Translations under genes and position numbers: made by a program
Sequence record: MW822008.1
Direction: 5' to 3' (one strand)
Length of the DNA stretch: 64,000 bases
Source of the DNA: Escherichia phage BF17
Notes under the pieces: model-generated
What the model was told of the DNA's origin: nothing
The model's database searches: none
The model's input: the letters and a program-made list of their open reading frames with translations, nothing else
Shown: one piece after another, positions 31,050-40,817 of the stretch
How the letters are laid out: each line of letters opens with the position of its first letter
Position numbering within the stretch: position 1 is the stretch's first letter

Positions 31050-31587
31050 TATTCAGTACACCTACGCTAATGCAATCCTTATGGGACAAAAGTTAGCTTG
31101 TATTGTTGCAGCCTTATATAATGCACAGAAAGATTACAAGCGTCACATCCACAAATGTATTGGTATTATTCCATCGAAGTACAATACATATATTACGTGC
31201 ACGAGTCATTTTGATAAACGATTCAATACACCTGATAACCCAAATGCCCGTAGTGTTATTGGTCTTTTGGATTTTGCCCCTGGGGCTGTTATTGGAAAGA
31301 ATGATTTAGAGTACGCATGGTATAATAAAAATTCCCCATTAGTAATGGTAACATATAATAAAGAAACGAACAAAACAATAGAGTACAATACATATAAATC
31401 AGAGGAAGAATTTTTCCAAGGTTCAATGCTTGTACCAGTGCGTTTGTTATTTTATAATGTCATAATGAGTACAGTACACAATAGTCCATTACACAAGAAT
31501 CACAAAATTAATTTCAATTTTTGTGCTTATGCGATTGATGGTGTTTATGAGTGCTTAATGGAGATATTGAGTTATGAAGCTGAATAA
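31021..31587 (+). CDS. family B paralog (EEEFFQGSMLV)
   Basis: ORF track. Confidence 0.6.
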   Translation: MTSKYRTSNDIQYTYANAILMGQKLACIVAALYNAQKDYKRHIHKCIGIIPSKYNTYITCTSHFDKRFNTPDNPNARSVIGLLDFAPGAVIGKNDLEYAWYNKNSPLVMVTYNKETNKTIEYNTYKSEEEFFQGSMLVPVRLLFYNVIMSTVHNSPLHKNHKINFNFCAYAIDGVYECLMEILSYEAE

Positions 31588-31915
31588 TACATTTGATATT
31601 AATAAGTTAAGAGAATGGTTTTATAGTATTGAAATTGAAGCCATCCCGTATCATAGATATGAACAATATAATTTAACCAGTATTGATATCAGTGAGTTGT
31701 ACGCGTATTATCAAAGTGCATTAGAGATGCATAAGTTATTTTTGAGTACAGATTTTGTTCTAAATTACAATTTTGAGGAATTTAAAAATTATAATTTAGT
31801 ACAGAAATATGTAGTAGCAAAGTACATGTACAATCAAGGAATCAAAGGTTGCATCGAATTCAATACCGTTCTTGTTTTAGTTGAGGTAATTTTATGCACC
31901 GCATGTCTGATTTAG
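31574..31915 (+). CDS. hypothetical protein (113 aa)
   Basis: ORF track. Confidence 0.5.
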   Translation: MKLNNTFDINKLREWFYSIEIEAIPYHRYEQYNLTSIDISELYAYYQSALEMHKLFLSTDFVLNYNFEEFKNYNLVQKYVVAKYMYNQGIKGCIEFNTVLVLVEVILCTACLI

Positions 31916-32400
31916 AGTTCAGTTTAGATGCAGCATTTAAATTTGTTCACAAAATAGAAACAATATACAGTACATTATGTGCAATAACATCAGTATCAAA
32001 AGAGCTTGATGTTGGTGAAAGGTATCAGGTGTGGAATAATTCATTTTTTAATAAAGAACATTCTTCGACGGCATTTTATATTTTAGCATTTAATCCCACC
32101 AATTGTTACCCAGAGAAGCATGAACGTTATCCGAATGACGACATGTGGTTTGAGTACAAAGAAGATTCTTATATGTCGTCAATTGTAGTTCCTGATGATT
32201 TTAATGCACAAGATTTAACAGAAGAGTGGTGGTTCCAGCAGAATTTAGTACATGATGATATTGATTTATTTTTCTATATTGCATTTAAAATGCTTTATCA
32301 CAACAATATAGTTAAAGAAAGTGTATCGTTTTCATGTCTATATATTGATGATTTGTACAATGAAATTCAAATAAACATGCCCAGAACGCCTGTATCGTAA
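31894..32400 (+). CDS. family B paralog (EEWWFQQNLVHD)
   Basis: ORF track. Confidence 0.65.
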   Translation: MHRMSDLEFSLDAAFKFVHKIETIYSTLCAITSVSKELDVGERYQVWNNSFFNKEHSSTAFYILAFNPTNCYPEKHERYPNDDMWFEYKEDSYMSSIVVPDDFNAQDLTEEWWFQQNLVHDDIDLFFYIAFKMLYHNNIVKESVSFSCLYIDDLYNEIQINMPRTPVS

Positions 32401-32425
32401 GATATGGGCTTTTTTCGTTTTGGTA

Positions 32426-32454
32426 TTGACATAGAAGACCAAAGCTGTTATCAT
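32426..32454 (+). promoter_or_regulatory. sigma70-like promoter (TTGACA-17-TATCAT)
   Basis: TTGACA 32426-32431, TATCAT 32449-32454. Confidence 0.55.
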
Positions 32455-32482
32455 GTGTAATCATTTTAAAGGAGAACATATA

Positions 32483-32995
32483 GTGAGTTTCATAATCCCA
32501 AGTACATACGAAGATGCATCAAGTGCAGTTCATAAGATTCATTATATTTTTAATTTAATTATTAGATCTGCAAAAATTAAAATGTATGCACCTCTTGTGA
32601 CAAATAATCGAAATGAAGAAATTTTTATTAGCACAGACAAAATTATTTTTCCATCTTTCCATGAAGATAGATTGTGGTTCATGCATTTAGCTGCATTACA
32701 AAAATATAAAATGTCAATTCGTAATAATTTGGATATACCGTTATATCATCCTGATATTGGAGAGGATGAATATTTTCAGTACAGTACAGTACACCGCCAT
32801 GAAGATATCTTTGTTGCTATGCTTATTGCTAAATTGAATACCGTTGATTTGGAGCAGCACAAATATAATAATACATCATGTAAGATCATAATCCCTGCAT
32901 TCATAGCTCTTTATGATTATGTGGTGCATAACATAAAAGATGATACATATGCTTTCAATGAAGAGTATTTGGATTTTTTTAAGGAGAACATATGA
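32483..32995 (+). CDS. family B paralog (EDEYFQYSTVH)
   Basis: GTG 32483 with RBS AAAGGAG; track start 32453 lies in promoter. Confidence 0.6.
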   Translation: MSFIIPSTYEDASSAVHKIHYIFNLIIRSAKIKMYAPLVTNNRNEEIFISTDKIIFPSFHEDRLWFMHLAALQKYKMSIRNNLDIPLYHPDIGEDEYFQYSTVHRHEDIFVAMLIAKLNTVDLEQHKYNNTSCKIIIPAFIALYDYVVHNIKDDTYAFNEEYLDFFKENI

Positions 32996-33522
32996 GCAGT
33001 ACAACAGTACAGAAAGCAATGTCATTCAATGAAATTGGTACATTTAAAGATAAGATCATTGATTGCCTTGAATACATGATTTGTAGTAATATCGAAAGTA
33101 TCGAGATATTTAACAAGACAAATCGCTCTTACCATATGATGTACATTGCAAACAATAATGGTATCATTCCATTTATTTCGGATAGTACAATATGGTACGC
33201 ATGTGATACGAAAAAAACCACAATAGGTTTACATTTATTTGAGACACATTATGATCTAATTATTCCTGAACATTGTATGCAAGAAGAAGAATATTTTCAA
33301 ATGCAATGTATACATTCACCATTAGTGTTGTTTAGTTTATATATTATACCTTATATCACCAAATGTGTTCATGAGAATAAAGCTCCGTGGAATCATGAAT
33401 TTGTATCGTTGAAGTTATTGTATAATGTATTAGTAGAATATTATGATTACAGGCACAATGGTACAATCAGTGATGTATGGGATTTTGAATCGCTAAGGGT
33501 GAAAACATACACAGGTGAATGA
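32992..33522 (+). CDS. family B paralog (EEEYFQMQCIH)
   Basis: RBS AAGGAG; ATGA overlap. Confidence 0.65.
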   Translation: MSSTTVQKAMSFNEIGTFKDKIIDCLEYMICSNIESIEIFNKTNRSYHMMYIANNNGIIPFISDSTIWYACDTKKTTIGLHLFETHYDLIIPEHCMQEEEYFQMQCIHSPLVLFSLYIIPYITKCVHENKAPWNHEFVSLKLLYNVLVEYYDYRHNGTISDVWDFESLRVKTYTGE

Positions 33523-34138
33523 TATGACCAGAATTAAAATGTATGATTTGATGCAGTACAGTAAAATTGCCATTCCAGTGCTTAATAAAGTGCTGGATGC
33601 ATTCATTGCCAAATACCCTGAGAATTCAGTGTTATGTATTCCATTTAGCGTTCCAGATAAAGATGATATATTCCAAGTGAATGTCAGTACACGTGGTATT
33701 ACATTACAGCAGAAATACATGGATACGGAATATTATGGAATAAAGTTGGATTCAGTACAGGGTTCAAAATCAGCCTATGATTTTTTTGTTCCTAATAATA
33801 TAGAGTCATGGGAAACAAACATTTCAAAGAAAGATGAAAATGATGTTCCTATTAGTGGTGTGTTCAACAATAAAGTTTTTTATTATTACGAAACCGACAA
33901 ATTCCCTGAAGAGTTATATTACAATTCAGAAATGAATGAAGATGTAGATGCATTCATGTTTCAATTATCTTTAGTACATGATATCATTGATGTTCAAGAG
34001 TTAAGAGCAGAAATCAATTTAGCTAAAGAGTTATCGGACATGCTGCCACCGTTTAGTATGCTTTTTTGTGAAGGTGGTTATTTTTCAAAAGAAGTGTTTG
34101 AACATTTCGTAGATGTTGTAAAAGGGTTGGATATATAG
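33515..34138 (+). CDS. family B paralog (DAFMFQLSLVHD)
   Basis: ORF track. Confidence 0.65.
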   Translation: MNDMTRIKMYDLMQYSKIAIPVLNKVLDAFIAKYPENSVLCIPFSVPDKDDIFQVNVSTRGITLQQKYMDTEYYGIKLDSVQGSKSAYDFFVPNNIESWETNISKKDENDVPISGVFNNKVFYYYETDKFPEELYYNSEMNEDVDAFMFQLSLVHDIIDVQELRAEINLAKELSDMLPPFSMLFCEGGYFSKEVFEHFVDVVKGLDI

Positions 34139-34139
34139 T

Positions 34140-34334
34140 ATGCTTACAGTTGATGTTAAACAAAAATACCGTAAGTTTGATTGGTTCACCGATAGTTTCC
34201 AGCTTGAATTATTACATATGAATATCAGTGAAACATTATGTGCAGAAACACAAGATGAATTTGATGATAGAGTGATGAACATAGTAATGCTTTCTTGCTT
34301 TAAACATTTTGGTTATTTTTTCGGACAGAATTGA
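34140..34334 (+). CDS. hypothetical protein (64 aa)
   Basis: ORF track. Confidence 0.45.
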   Translation: MLTVDVKQKYRKFDWFTDSFQLELLHMNISETLCAETQDEFDDRVMNIVMLSCFKHFGYFFGQN

Positions 34335-34342
34335 GGTAAAAA

Positions 34343-34858
34343 ATGCATCAACACAAGCATCATTCATATGATTTTGCAATTAACATTATGAAGTTCATTC
34401 GAGCGTTGGAGGATGGGAAGCTTAGTCATAAGTACAGGAAAGAGGGTAACAATTGGTTCAGAAATGATTCCGAGTTCAGTTGTCATAAAATCGTGTATAG
34501 TAATCAGTACAGTGCCAATTACCTACAAGATGTAGTGATGTGTTTTGAATACGTGTTGCAGTTCAGGGGTTCAATCCAAGATGAGTTGATGGAGAACATG
34601 TACATCCGATACCTTCCAATGCTCAAAGATGAAAATGTATTATTAAATTCAATATACCAACGAGTTCGTGAAATTGAGTGCAGGGATATATTAGATACAG
34701 AAGAATCGTATTTCCAGCAATCCCTGATTTATTCACCTGATTTATTACAGGTACATAATTTGTTTAATACATTACGTCAGAACATCAGTACAGACATATT
34801 TTTGTCATTATCGGATTATGATACATTTGTCAAAGATTTAGAGGAAATAGGATTATGA
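34343..34858 (+). CDS. family B paralog (EESYFQQSLIY)
   Basis: ORF track; RBS GAGG. Confidence 0.65.
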   Translation: MHQHKHHSYDFAINIMKFIRALEDGKLSHKYRKEGNNWFRNDSEFSCHKIVYSNQYSANYLQDVVMCFEYVLQFRGSIQDELMENMYIRYLPMLKDENVLLNSIYQRVREIECRDILDTEESYFQQSLIYSPDLLQVHNLFNTLRQNISTDIFLSLSDYDTFVKDLEEIGL

Positions 34859-35196
34859 GTAGATTTTCGGTTTGTGTGGTAAACATAAAAAGTGATGGTA
34901 GTTTAATTGAATTAGATGTATATGATGATGATAATGCATATGGTATTAAAGTACAGGACAATGATGTGCAGTTCAGTTCAAGAACAAATTTTGAAAATCC
35001 AGTCCAAGTTCCTAATTTCATAGAAGATGAAGCAGCACGTTTCCAATACGAAACGGCATATGACAATGTACATATGCATATTATTATGCAACAAAGTTTA
35101 GTTCAATTAGTTCCTTTGTTCAGACAAAATATATATGTACATGAATTGTCGATCAATGACGTTCGCAGTTCCGTATTGTTCGATACAAATATGTAA
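34855..35196 (+). CDS. family B-like paralog (EAARFQYETAYD)
   Basis: ATGA overlap. Confidence 0.6.
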   Translation: MSRFSVCVVNIKSDGSLIELDVYDDDNAYGIKVQDNDVQFSSRTNFENPVQVPNFIEDEAARFQYETAYDNVHMHIIMQQSLVQLVPLFRQNIYVHELSINDVRSSVLFDTNM

Positions 35197-35206
35197 GGAA
35201 AGTACA

Positions 35207-35749
35207 ATGAGTTTATTAGATACATTAGAAAAAGACAGAAGTGCAATTAAGCGTTTAAAAGAGCAAGTACAAAAGATTGTATACAACGTTGATAAGTTTG
35301 AGGTTCCCGGAAGATTTGGTGATATTTCCCATACGGAGATCAAATCCCTTAAGTCAGATTTGTTGATTAAAAATAAAAATGGGTTGATTTTAGTTTTGAG
35401 TTCAGATATGATGGGGGCAACACATAGTTATAATGCAGTATCGGTGCGTTCAGAGTGTGAAGGTATATATCTATCACAGGGTTTCAATAGCGAGACACAG
35501 GTTTGTTTTTGTGATGCAGTACATGACCCTATGAAGTTCACGAGAAGTGAAGCCCAAGCGTTATTAGAGCTATCAGACGAGAGTTTGTTTCAGTACAGTA
35601 CAATGTATGACAATGATAAGCTTCGTTGTATGTACGCTGTAAAGCATTATACACAGGAGTTCTCTGGATTTGCATACCTTTTAGTTAGAACCAATACCAG
35701 ATATATTGATATGTTAGAAGATTACATCGATAAAGTTGTTAATGTATGA
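35207..35749 (+). CDS. family B paralog (DESLFQYSTMYD)
   Basis: ATG 35207 with RBS AAGGAAA; track start 35135 overlaps upstream gene. Confidence 0.6.
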   Translation: MSLLDTLEKDRSAIKRLKEQVQKIVYNVDKFEVPGRFGDISHTEIKSLKSDLLIKNKNGLILVLSSDMMGATHSYNAVSVRSECEGIYLSQGFNSETQVCFCDAVHDPMKFTRSEAQALLELSDESLFQYSTMYDNDKLRCMYAVKHYTQEFSGFAYLLVRTNTRYIDMLEDYIDKVVNV

Positions 35750-35770
35750 TTTTGTGATGGGATGATGCTA

Positions 35771-35941
35771 ATGAAAGAGTTATTTGAAGATCAGTTCAAT
35801 ACATATGTGGATAATATTCTTTATTCCAGTCGTGCCAGTCAACGAGGAAATCGTGCTTACAATATTGATTACCTATTGGTGGTGCTGAGTTCACAGTACA
35901 CCAATGCGGTACAAAGGGTTTATTATGAAAAGTGCAAGTAA
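35771..35941 (+). CDS. small hypothetical protein (56 aa), below ORF-track cutoff
   Basis: hand-translated MKELFEDQFNTYVDNILYSS...; fills gap in array. Confidence 0.35.
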   Translation: MKELFEDQFNTYVDNILYSSRASQRGNRAYNIDYLLVVLSSQYTNAVQRVYYEKCK

Positions 35942-36134
35942 TAGTGATATTGCAAAGGAGAAGTTTAAGTGCAGTTTAGATTACGGTTTAAATGATTTTC
36001 TTACATGCACAATGTACAGGGATGATGATTATGAACAATCCGTAATTTCGTTGCACAGATATTTAGAAATAATTTACGCAAGATATCTTAGAAGGTTAGA
36101 GGGAATAGGGGATTGGTATAATGATTACGTTTGA
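35925..36134 (+). CDS. hypothetical protein (about 69 aa)
   Basis: internal ATG of ORF 35904. Confidence 0.4.
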   Translation: MKSASNSDIAKEKFKCSLDYGLNDFLTCTMYRDDDYEQSVISLHRYLEIIYARYLRRLEGIGDWYNDYV

Positions 36135-36357
36135 AGAACCAGAAACAATGAGTCCATATACGATGAAAGGTTTTGAATTCATGATGGATTCGATTTTGAA
36201 GAGTTCGTGTTTAGTACACAATCCTGAGCGTGCAACAGTGAGGGAATATCAGGACAATGCATTACAGCGTGTAATGAATATGTACAGGAATACGAGTCGC
36301 AAGCTTTGTGCGTTGAAAAGGATTGAAGAAATCAAGGTTTCTAGGCTGAATAAATAG
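36121..36357 (+). CDS. hypothetical protein (78 aa)
   Basis: ORF track. Confidence 0.5.
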   Translation: MITFEEPETMSPYTMKGFEFMMDSILKSSCLVHNPERATVREYQDNALQRVMNMYRNTSRKLCALKRIEEIKVSRLNK

Positions 36358-36369
36358 AGACGTTTCATT

Positions 36370-36400
36370 TTGACAGGCCGCTGGAGGGGGTCAAAAAAAT
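36370..36400. repeat. GC-rich palindromic island TTGACAGGCCGCTGGAGGGGGTCAA in AT-rich array
   Basis: TTGAC / GTCAA arms flanking a 15-nt GC-rich core, followed by A-run. Confidence 0.45.
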
Positions 36401-36556
36401 TTCCGCTGAAAAACATGCTAAGGTATATGTTTAATATAAAGTTTTATATTGTGTTTTTTCAGAGTACAGTTCATGTTTCTTGAAACAAAAAATACCCCGC
36501 CGCCGAACGTTCTCCTTATATTGGAGTTTACCTTATTAATTATAGTAGAGATTAAG

Positions 36557-36934
36557 ATGGAAATAAAATATAATGAATTTTGTGCAAGGACATGGATGTA
36601 CACTGGTGAGTTAGTTACGCACTCTAACTTATACAAGGGTGATTTAAACTACGCTAGGGACAAGATTTTAAAGTACTGGAATGCTGACTTTTATTTGATG
36701 GATTTTAGTACTGGGTTTAGGGGTAAAGCAACCGAGATGTTGGACTATACAGTACTTGATGATTCTGCACTGTTTCAGGCGGCATTAGTATTTGATAAGA
36801 AGTACATCTGTACATTAGAAGAGATGATTGAATTACAGCGTAGAATTAAATGTATTCACAGGGAATGTATAGATATCTGGTGCAGTACTGGTGAAGATGA
36901 TTTTTGTAATCATTTCAATCTAGGGGAAGTGTGA
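36557..36934 (+). CDS. family B paralog (DSALFQAALVFD)
   Basis: internal ATG 36557 of ORF 36449; start uncertain. Confidence 0.55.
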   Translation: MEIKYNEFCARTWMYTGELVTHSNLYKGDLNYARDKILKYWNADFYLMDFSTGFRGKATEMLDYTVLDDSALFQAALVFDKKYICTLEEMIELQRRIKCIHRECIDIWCSTGEDDFCNHFNLGEV

Positions 36935-36936
36935 TG

Positions 36937-37095
36937 GAATTTGATTTTTTAATATCAGTACATTCTTTTAAGCACAGTTATCAGTACTTTTGTAATTTAA
37001 ACAAAGGTGATTTGATTATGGATACAGATACAGAGGCTGTATACAGTTCTAATATTCTGTACAAATTCAGTACTAATCTGAAGGAGATTTTATGA
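36937..37095 (+). pseudogene. duplicated 5' fragment of gene 37463 (truncated copy, 52 aa ORF)
   Basis: 36937-37030 nearly identical to 37463-37550 (ATGGAATTTGATTTTTTAATATCAGTACAT...). Confidence 0.55.
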
Positions 37096-37463
37096 AAAAA
37101 GAAATTAGAATTCAATTCGGTATGAGGAAAAGAGAGGTCATCTGTACACTGAATCATGCGGTCGTGGAAAGCCTTGGTGGTGCATTACAAAAATTCTCCC
37201 ATTTTGTTCTTGTACTATATGAAAATGGGTCTTTTAAAATCTTCACATATGATGATTCAAAAAATTACCGTAATGATTTTGTAAATCTGACAGTACTGTC
37301 AGAAGAGGAATTCTTTCAGGAAAGTACTGTCTGGAATTTACCAGGAGCACCAATTGAATACGTCCGTGCTACACAGGCAGAAATGATCAAAGTAATGCAG
37401 AACTATCCAGAAGATTATATGACTAAGTTTCCTGAATCTATTTATGTAGAGGTTGAGTACTGA
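37092..37463 (+). CDS. family B paralog (EEEFFQESTVWN)
   Basis: RBS AAGGAG. Confidence 0.65.
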   Translation: MKKEIRIQFGMRKREVICTLNHAVVESLGGALQKFSHFVLVLYENGSFKIFTYDDSKNYRNDFVNLTVLSEEEFFQESTVWNLPGAPIEYVRATQAEMIKVMQNYPEDYMTKFPESIYVEVEY

Positions 37464-37819
37464 TGGAATTTGATTTTTTAATATCAGTACATACTTTCAA
37501 GCACAGTTATCAGTACTTTTGTAATTTAAACAAAGGTGATTTAATGCACAGTGCAAATGAGTATATTCATTACACTCAGGGTAAATTTACATTCATTGAT
37601 TACAGTTCATTACAGTATCCACACCAAGATATGCCGGACTATACATTAATGGATACCGCAGAACTATTCCAAGAATCATTAGTATTTGATAAGAAGTACT
37701 TGTGTACATTTGAAGAAGTTATTGCAATACAAAATGAAATGAAAGAGTATGCTGCTTTGCATAAACCCAATGCAAGTATTAATCAAGAATACAAATTCAA
37801 TTTAGGAATTCAAGAATGA
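37463..37819 (+). CDS. family B paralog (TAELFQESLVFD)
   Basis: ORF track. Confidence 0.65.
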   Translation: MEFDFLISVHTFKHSYQYFCNLNKGDLMHSANEYIHYTQGKFTFIDYSSLQYPHQDMPDYTLMDTAELFQESLVFDKKYLCTFEEVIAIQNEMKEYAALHKPNASINQEYKFNLGIQE

Positions 37820-38175
37820 CATATGATTATTCTATGTACTATTATAAGTTACCTAAAGGATGGGACTTGTGCTGTAATCTTATTAAGGGCGACTCGGAAC
37901 ATGAGTTGAGTTTATATATGCATTACAAAGATTCTTGTTTTAAATTTATTCATGTATCACATGACGACTATGACTATGAATCTGAGAGTCTTATAGATTA
38001 TACAGTACTGGACGATGGTGAACTATTTCAGGCTGCATTAGTGTTTGATAAGAATAAGTACTCCTGTACATTTGAAGAAATGGTTTCTTTGCAAAATGAA
38101 ATGAAGAGATTTGAAAAAGAAAACGTATTTAATCCATCCCCATCAAGAACGAATAATTATTATTTCAATATATGA
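37816..38175 (+). CDS. family B paralog (DGELFQAALVFD)
   Basis: ATGA overlap. Confidence 0.65.
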   Translation: MTYDYSMYYYKLPKGWDLCCNLIKGDSEHELSLYMHYKDSCFKFIHVSHDDYDYESESLIDYTVLDDGELFQAALVFDKNKYSCTFEEMVSLQNEMKRFEKENVFNPSPSRTNNYYFNI

Positions 38176-38184
38176 GATTATAAA

Positions 38185-38676
38185 ATGACATTACAGAGTT
38201 CATTGGAAAAAGCAAAGAAGATTCATGAGTACATGAATATGGCAAAAGAAGGTTCAGTTTACGGTGTTTTCAAAGACACAAGTACTCAATATTATGTACC
38301 GGATAACCTCCTTTATAATGACTGCTCAGATACAGAAACGTGCGTACTGGATACAGAAACGTGCATACTAGATACCGACCCTAATGATTATGAATGCTTC
38401 ATTAATATGCATAATGAGTACATGGTCTATATTAATGATACAGATACCATCAACAGTACTGACAGCGATTCCAATGACATTATAATTCCGAGTGAAGTAC
38501 TGGAAGGTCCGTGGGATAGTGAAGAGTATTACTTCCAACAAAGTACTGTATATGATAATGAAGTACTTGATGTTATTATAATTATGTGGTACTTTAAAAG
38601 TATTGGTTCTGGGAACTTCTATTTCGATTACAAATACGTAAAGAAAACTGTAGATAACGGTATTAACAGGGGTTGA
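38185..38676 (+). CDS. family B2 paralog (SEEYYFQQSTVYD); contains 21-bp internal tandem repeat
   Basis: GATACAGAAACGTGC(G/A)TACT(G/A) x2 at about 38322-38363. Confidence 0.65.
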   Translation: MTLQSSLEKAKKIHEYMNMAKEGSVYGVFKDTSTQYYVPDNLLYNDCSDTETCVLDTETCILDTDPNDYECFINMHNEYMVYINDTDTINSTDSDSNDIIIPSEVLEGPWDSEEYYFQQSTVYDNEVLDVIIIMWYFKSIGSGNFYFDYKYVKKTVDNGINRG

Positions 38677-38677
38677 A

Positions 38678-39148
38678 ATGAGTTTAGAAAGAGCATTAGA
38701 GATTGCGAAGTTAATTGATTTATGCAGCAAAGAAATTGTAGCAAATTGTCTTAATGGATATCTATTCAAGGAAGGTAAATCATATTGTCGAATGAGATAC
38801 GATGACAGTAGTGAGTACATTCACATGTATGAAGAAAACTTAGATTCTTCTGAAACAACACTCAATGGGTGTGATGTTAATTTGGAAGATAATTACATGT
38901 ACTTCTGTCGTGATGCTGATATTTTAATACAAGATTCTGACATTATATCTGGTGCAGCAGAGAAACATCTTCCGTATTCAGTACTGGATAATGACTGGGG
39001 AAGTGAAGAGTACTACTTCCAGCAGAATACTATCTACGAGGAAGATGTACTTGACAAGCTTGTCATTCTGTGGTACTTTAATAATACAGATTGTCCTAGC
39101 TTCTATTTGGACTTGGATCTACTACGAGTTATTAAAGAGGATATATGA
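38678..39148 (+). CDS. family B2 paralog (SEEYYFQQNTIYE)
   Basis: N-terminus MSLERALEIAK. Confidence 0.65.
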   Translation: MSLERALEIAKLIDLCSKEIVANCLNGYLFKEGKSYCRMRYDDSSEYIHMYEENLDSSETTLNGCDVNLEDNYMYFCRDADILIQDSDIISGAAEKHLPYSVLDNDWGSEEYYFQQNTIYEEDVLDKLVILWYFNNTDCPSFYLDLDLLRVIKEDI

Positions 39149-39588
39149 GTTTAGCAAGTGCACTTGAACTAGCACACAGAATACATCACTTCCACGATAA
39201 CATAAAAAGTGGGTTCTATGGTGATAAAGTAAGTGCATTTGGTGATGAGTATTATCTATCAGGTATAAAGACATACTCTGATGATATTTTACTTATGGGA
39301 CAGGATAAAGACAATACTATACAGTACTCTTCATGTAGTCAATATACTAATTTTTTTGTATATATTCCAGGTACTAAGATTACTTTTGACACAACAAATA
39401 CACCTGTTGACTTCGGGGTACTTGATGGCCAGTGGGGTACTGAAGAGTATTACTTCCAACAGAGTCTCATTTTTAACCAAGAAATTCTTGATTCCTTGGT
39501 TGTGTTGTGGTACTTTAAGGAATTGAATTTTGAACCATTCTTTCTTGACTGGGGAGCATGTGAATATTTAAGTACAGGGGATTTGTAA
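39145..39588 (+). CDS. family B2 paralog (TEEYYFQQSLIFN)
   Basis: ATGA overlap. Confidence 0.65.
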   Translation: MSLASALELAHRIHHFHDNIKSGFYGDKVSAFGDEYYLSGIKTYSDDILLMGQDKDNTIQYSSCSQYTNFFVYIPGTKITFDTTNTPVDFGVLDGQWGTEEYYFQQSLIFNQEILDSLVVLWYFKELNFEPFFLDWGACEYLSTGDL

Positions 39589-40076
39589 TGTCATTACAAA
39601 GTGCATTGAAAGAAGCAAAGAAGATTCATGAGTACATGATTATGGTACAGGAAGGTTCAGTACCAGGTGTATATAAAACATCTGATACTGAATTTTTTGT
39701 AAAAGACCGTGACGATTATGACGAGTCCGAGATATGTGCAGAAACATTAGTACTGCACACTGATACTGGTGACAGTGATAACTGTGAATATCATATGTAC
39801 AATCAGTACATTAGTTATTGTCGTAATGAAGATATTACCATCTACAACACAGATAGTGATGCTGATGACACTATCATTCCTTATTCAGTACTGGAAGGAC
39901 CGTGGGATAGTGAAGAATATTACTTCCAGAATAGTACGTTGTACAATGAAGAAGAATTAGATGTTATTGTAATTATGTGGTATTTCAAAAGTATTGACTC
40001 CAGTAGTTTCTATTTTGATTATGAATATGTAGAGAATACTGTAGGAGAAGGTAATGTCATTACAAAGTGCTCTTGA
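39588..40076 (+). CDS. family B2 paralog (SEEYYFQNSTLYN)
   Basis: close paralog of 38185 gene. Confidence 0.65.
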   Translation: MSLQSALKEAKKIHEYMIMVQEGSVPGVYKTSDTEFFVKDRDDYDESEICAETLVLHTDTGDSDNCEYHMYNQYISYCRNEDITIYNTDSDADDTIIPYSVLEGPWDSEEYYFQNSTLYNEEELDVIVIMWYFKSIDSSSFYFDYEYVENTVGEGNVITKCS

Positions 40077-40506
40077 AAAAGCAAAAGAACTACATGGATA
40101 CTTTGACGATATAAAGGCAGGAAAGTTCAAAGAAGTGTACAAAGCCGAGAACGGCAACTACTACAAGGATGAAATGTATAATAACTCCGTTGGTGTAAGG
40201 GTTATTCTTGGGTTGAATTCCAATAGTCCTATATCGTTTTCTGAATACAATAGAGATGCAGAATTTATTAGTTATGTTGAAAATGGTAGCATTCGTTTTA
40301 TTAATCGCAAAAAACCATTAATTTTGAATTATGAAGTACTGGAAGGTCCGTGGGATAGTGAAGAGTATTACTTCCAAAACAGTACTGTTTACGATGATGA
40401 AGTACTTGAAGCATTAGTTATTATGTGGTACTTAAAGAGTGTTAACTGTCCTCGATTTTATTTGGATTTCGAAGAACTTCGTAAAGATCCAGAAGGTATA
40501 GAATGA
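40054..40506 (+). CDS. family B2 paralog (SEEYYFQNSTVYD)
   Basis: ORF track. Confidence 0.65.
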   Translation: MSLQSALEKAKELHGYFDDIKAGKFKEVYKAENGNYYKDEMYNNSVGVRVILGLNSNSPISFSEYNRDAEFISYVENGSIRFINRKKPLILNYEVLEGPWDSEEYYFQNSTVYDDEVLEALVIMWYLKSVNCPRFYLDFEELRKDPEGIE

Positions 40507-40817
40507 AAAACTTATTCAGTGTTCAGTACGTCCCTGGTGAAATTAGTTTATTGTATCTGTTTGATCATGATAATTCATTATTACTAGTAGTAAAGAAATG
40601 CCAAGCTAGTTCATTTGTTGAATACATTCACGATAGTGAATATATACCTGATTTTTTAGAGTGTGATTATTACGATGAACATGAATCATTTATTTTCCAG
40701 GAATCGCTCGTGTGGGATAAATCGATCAACTTCTTTACGTTAATTGAATTACAAAAGCAGGTGAAGTATCATTGGAATTACTTAATCACACAGGATTACA
40801 TTGAGATAGAAATATAA
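40503..40817 (+). CDS. family B paralog (ESFIFQESLVWD)
   Basis: ATGA overlap. Confidence 0.65.
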   Translation: MKNLFSVQYVPGEISLLYLFDHDNSLLLVVKKCQASSFVEYIHDSEYIPDFLECDYYDEHESFIFQESLVWDKSINFFTLIELQKQVKYHWNYLITQDYIEIEI

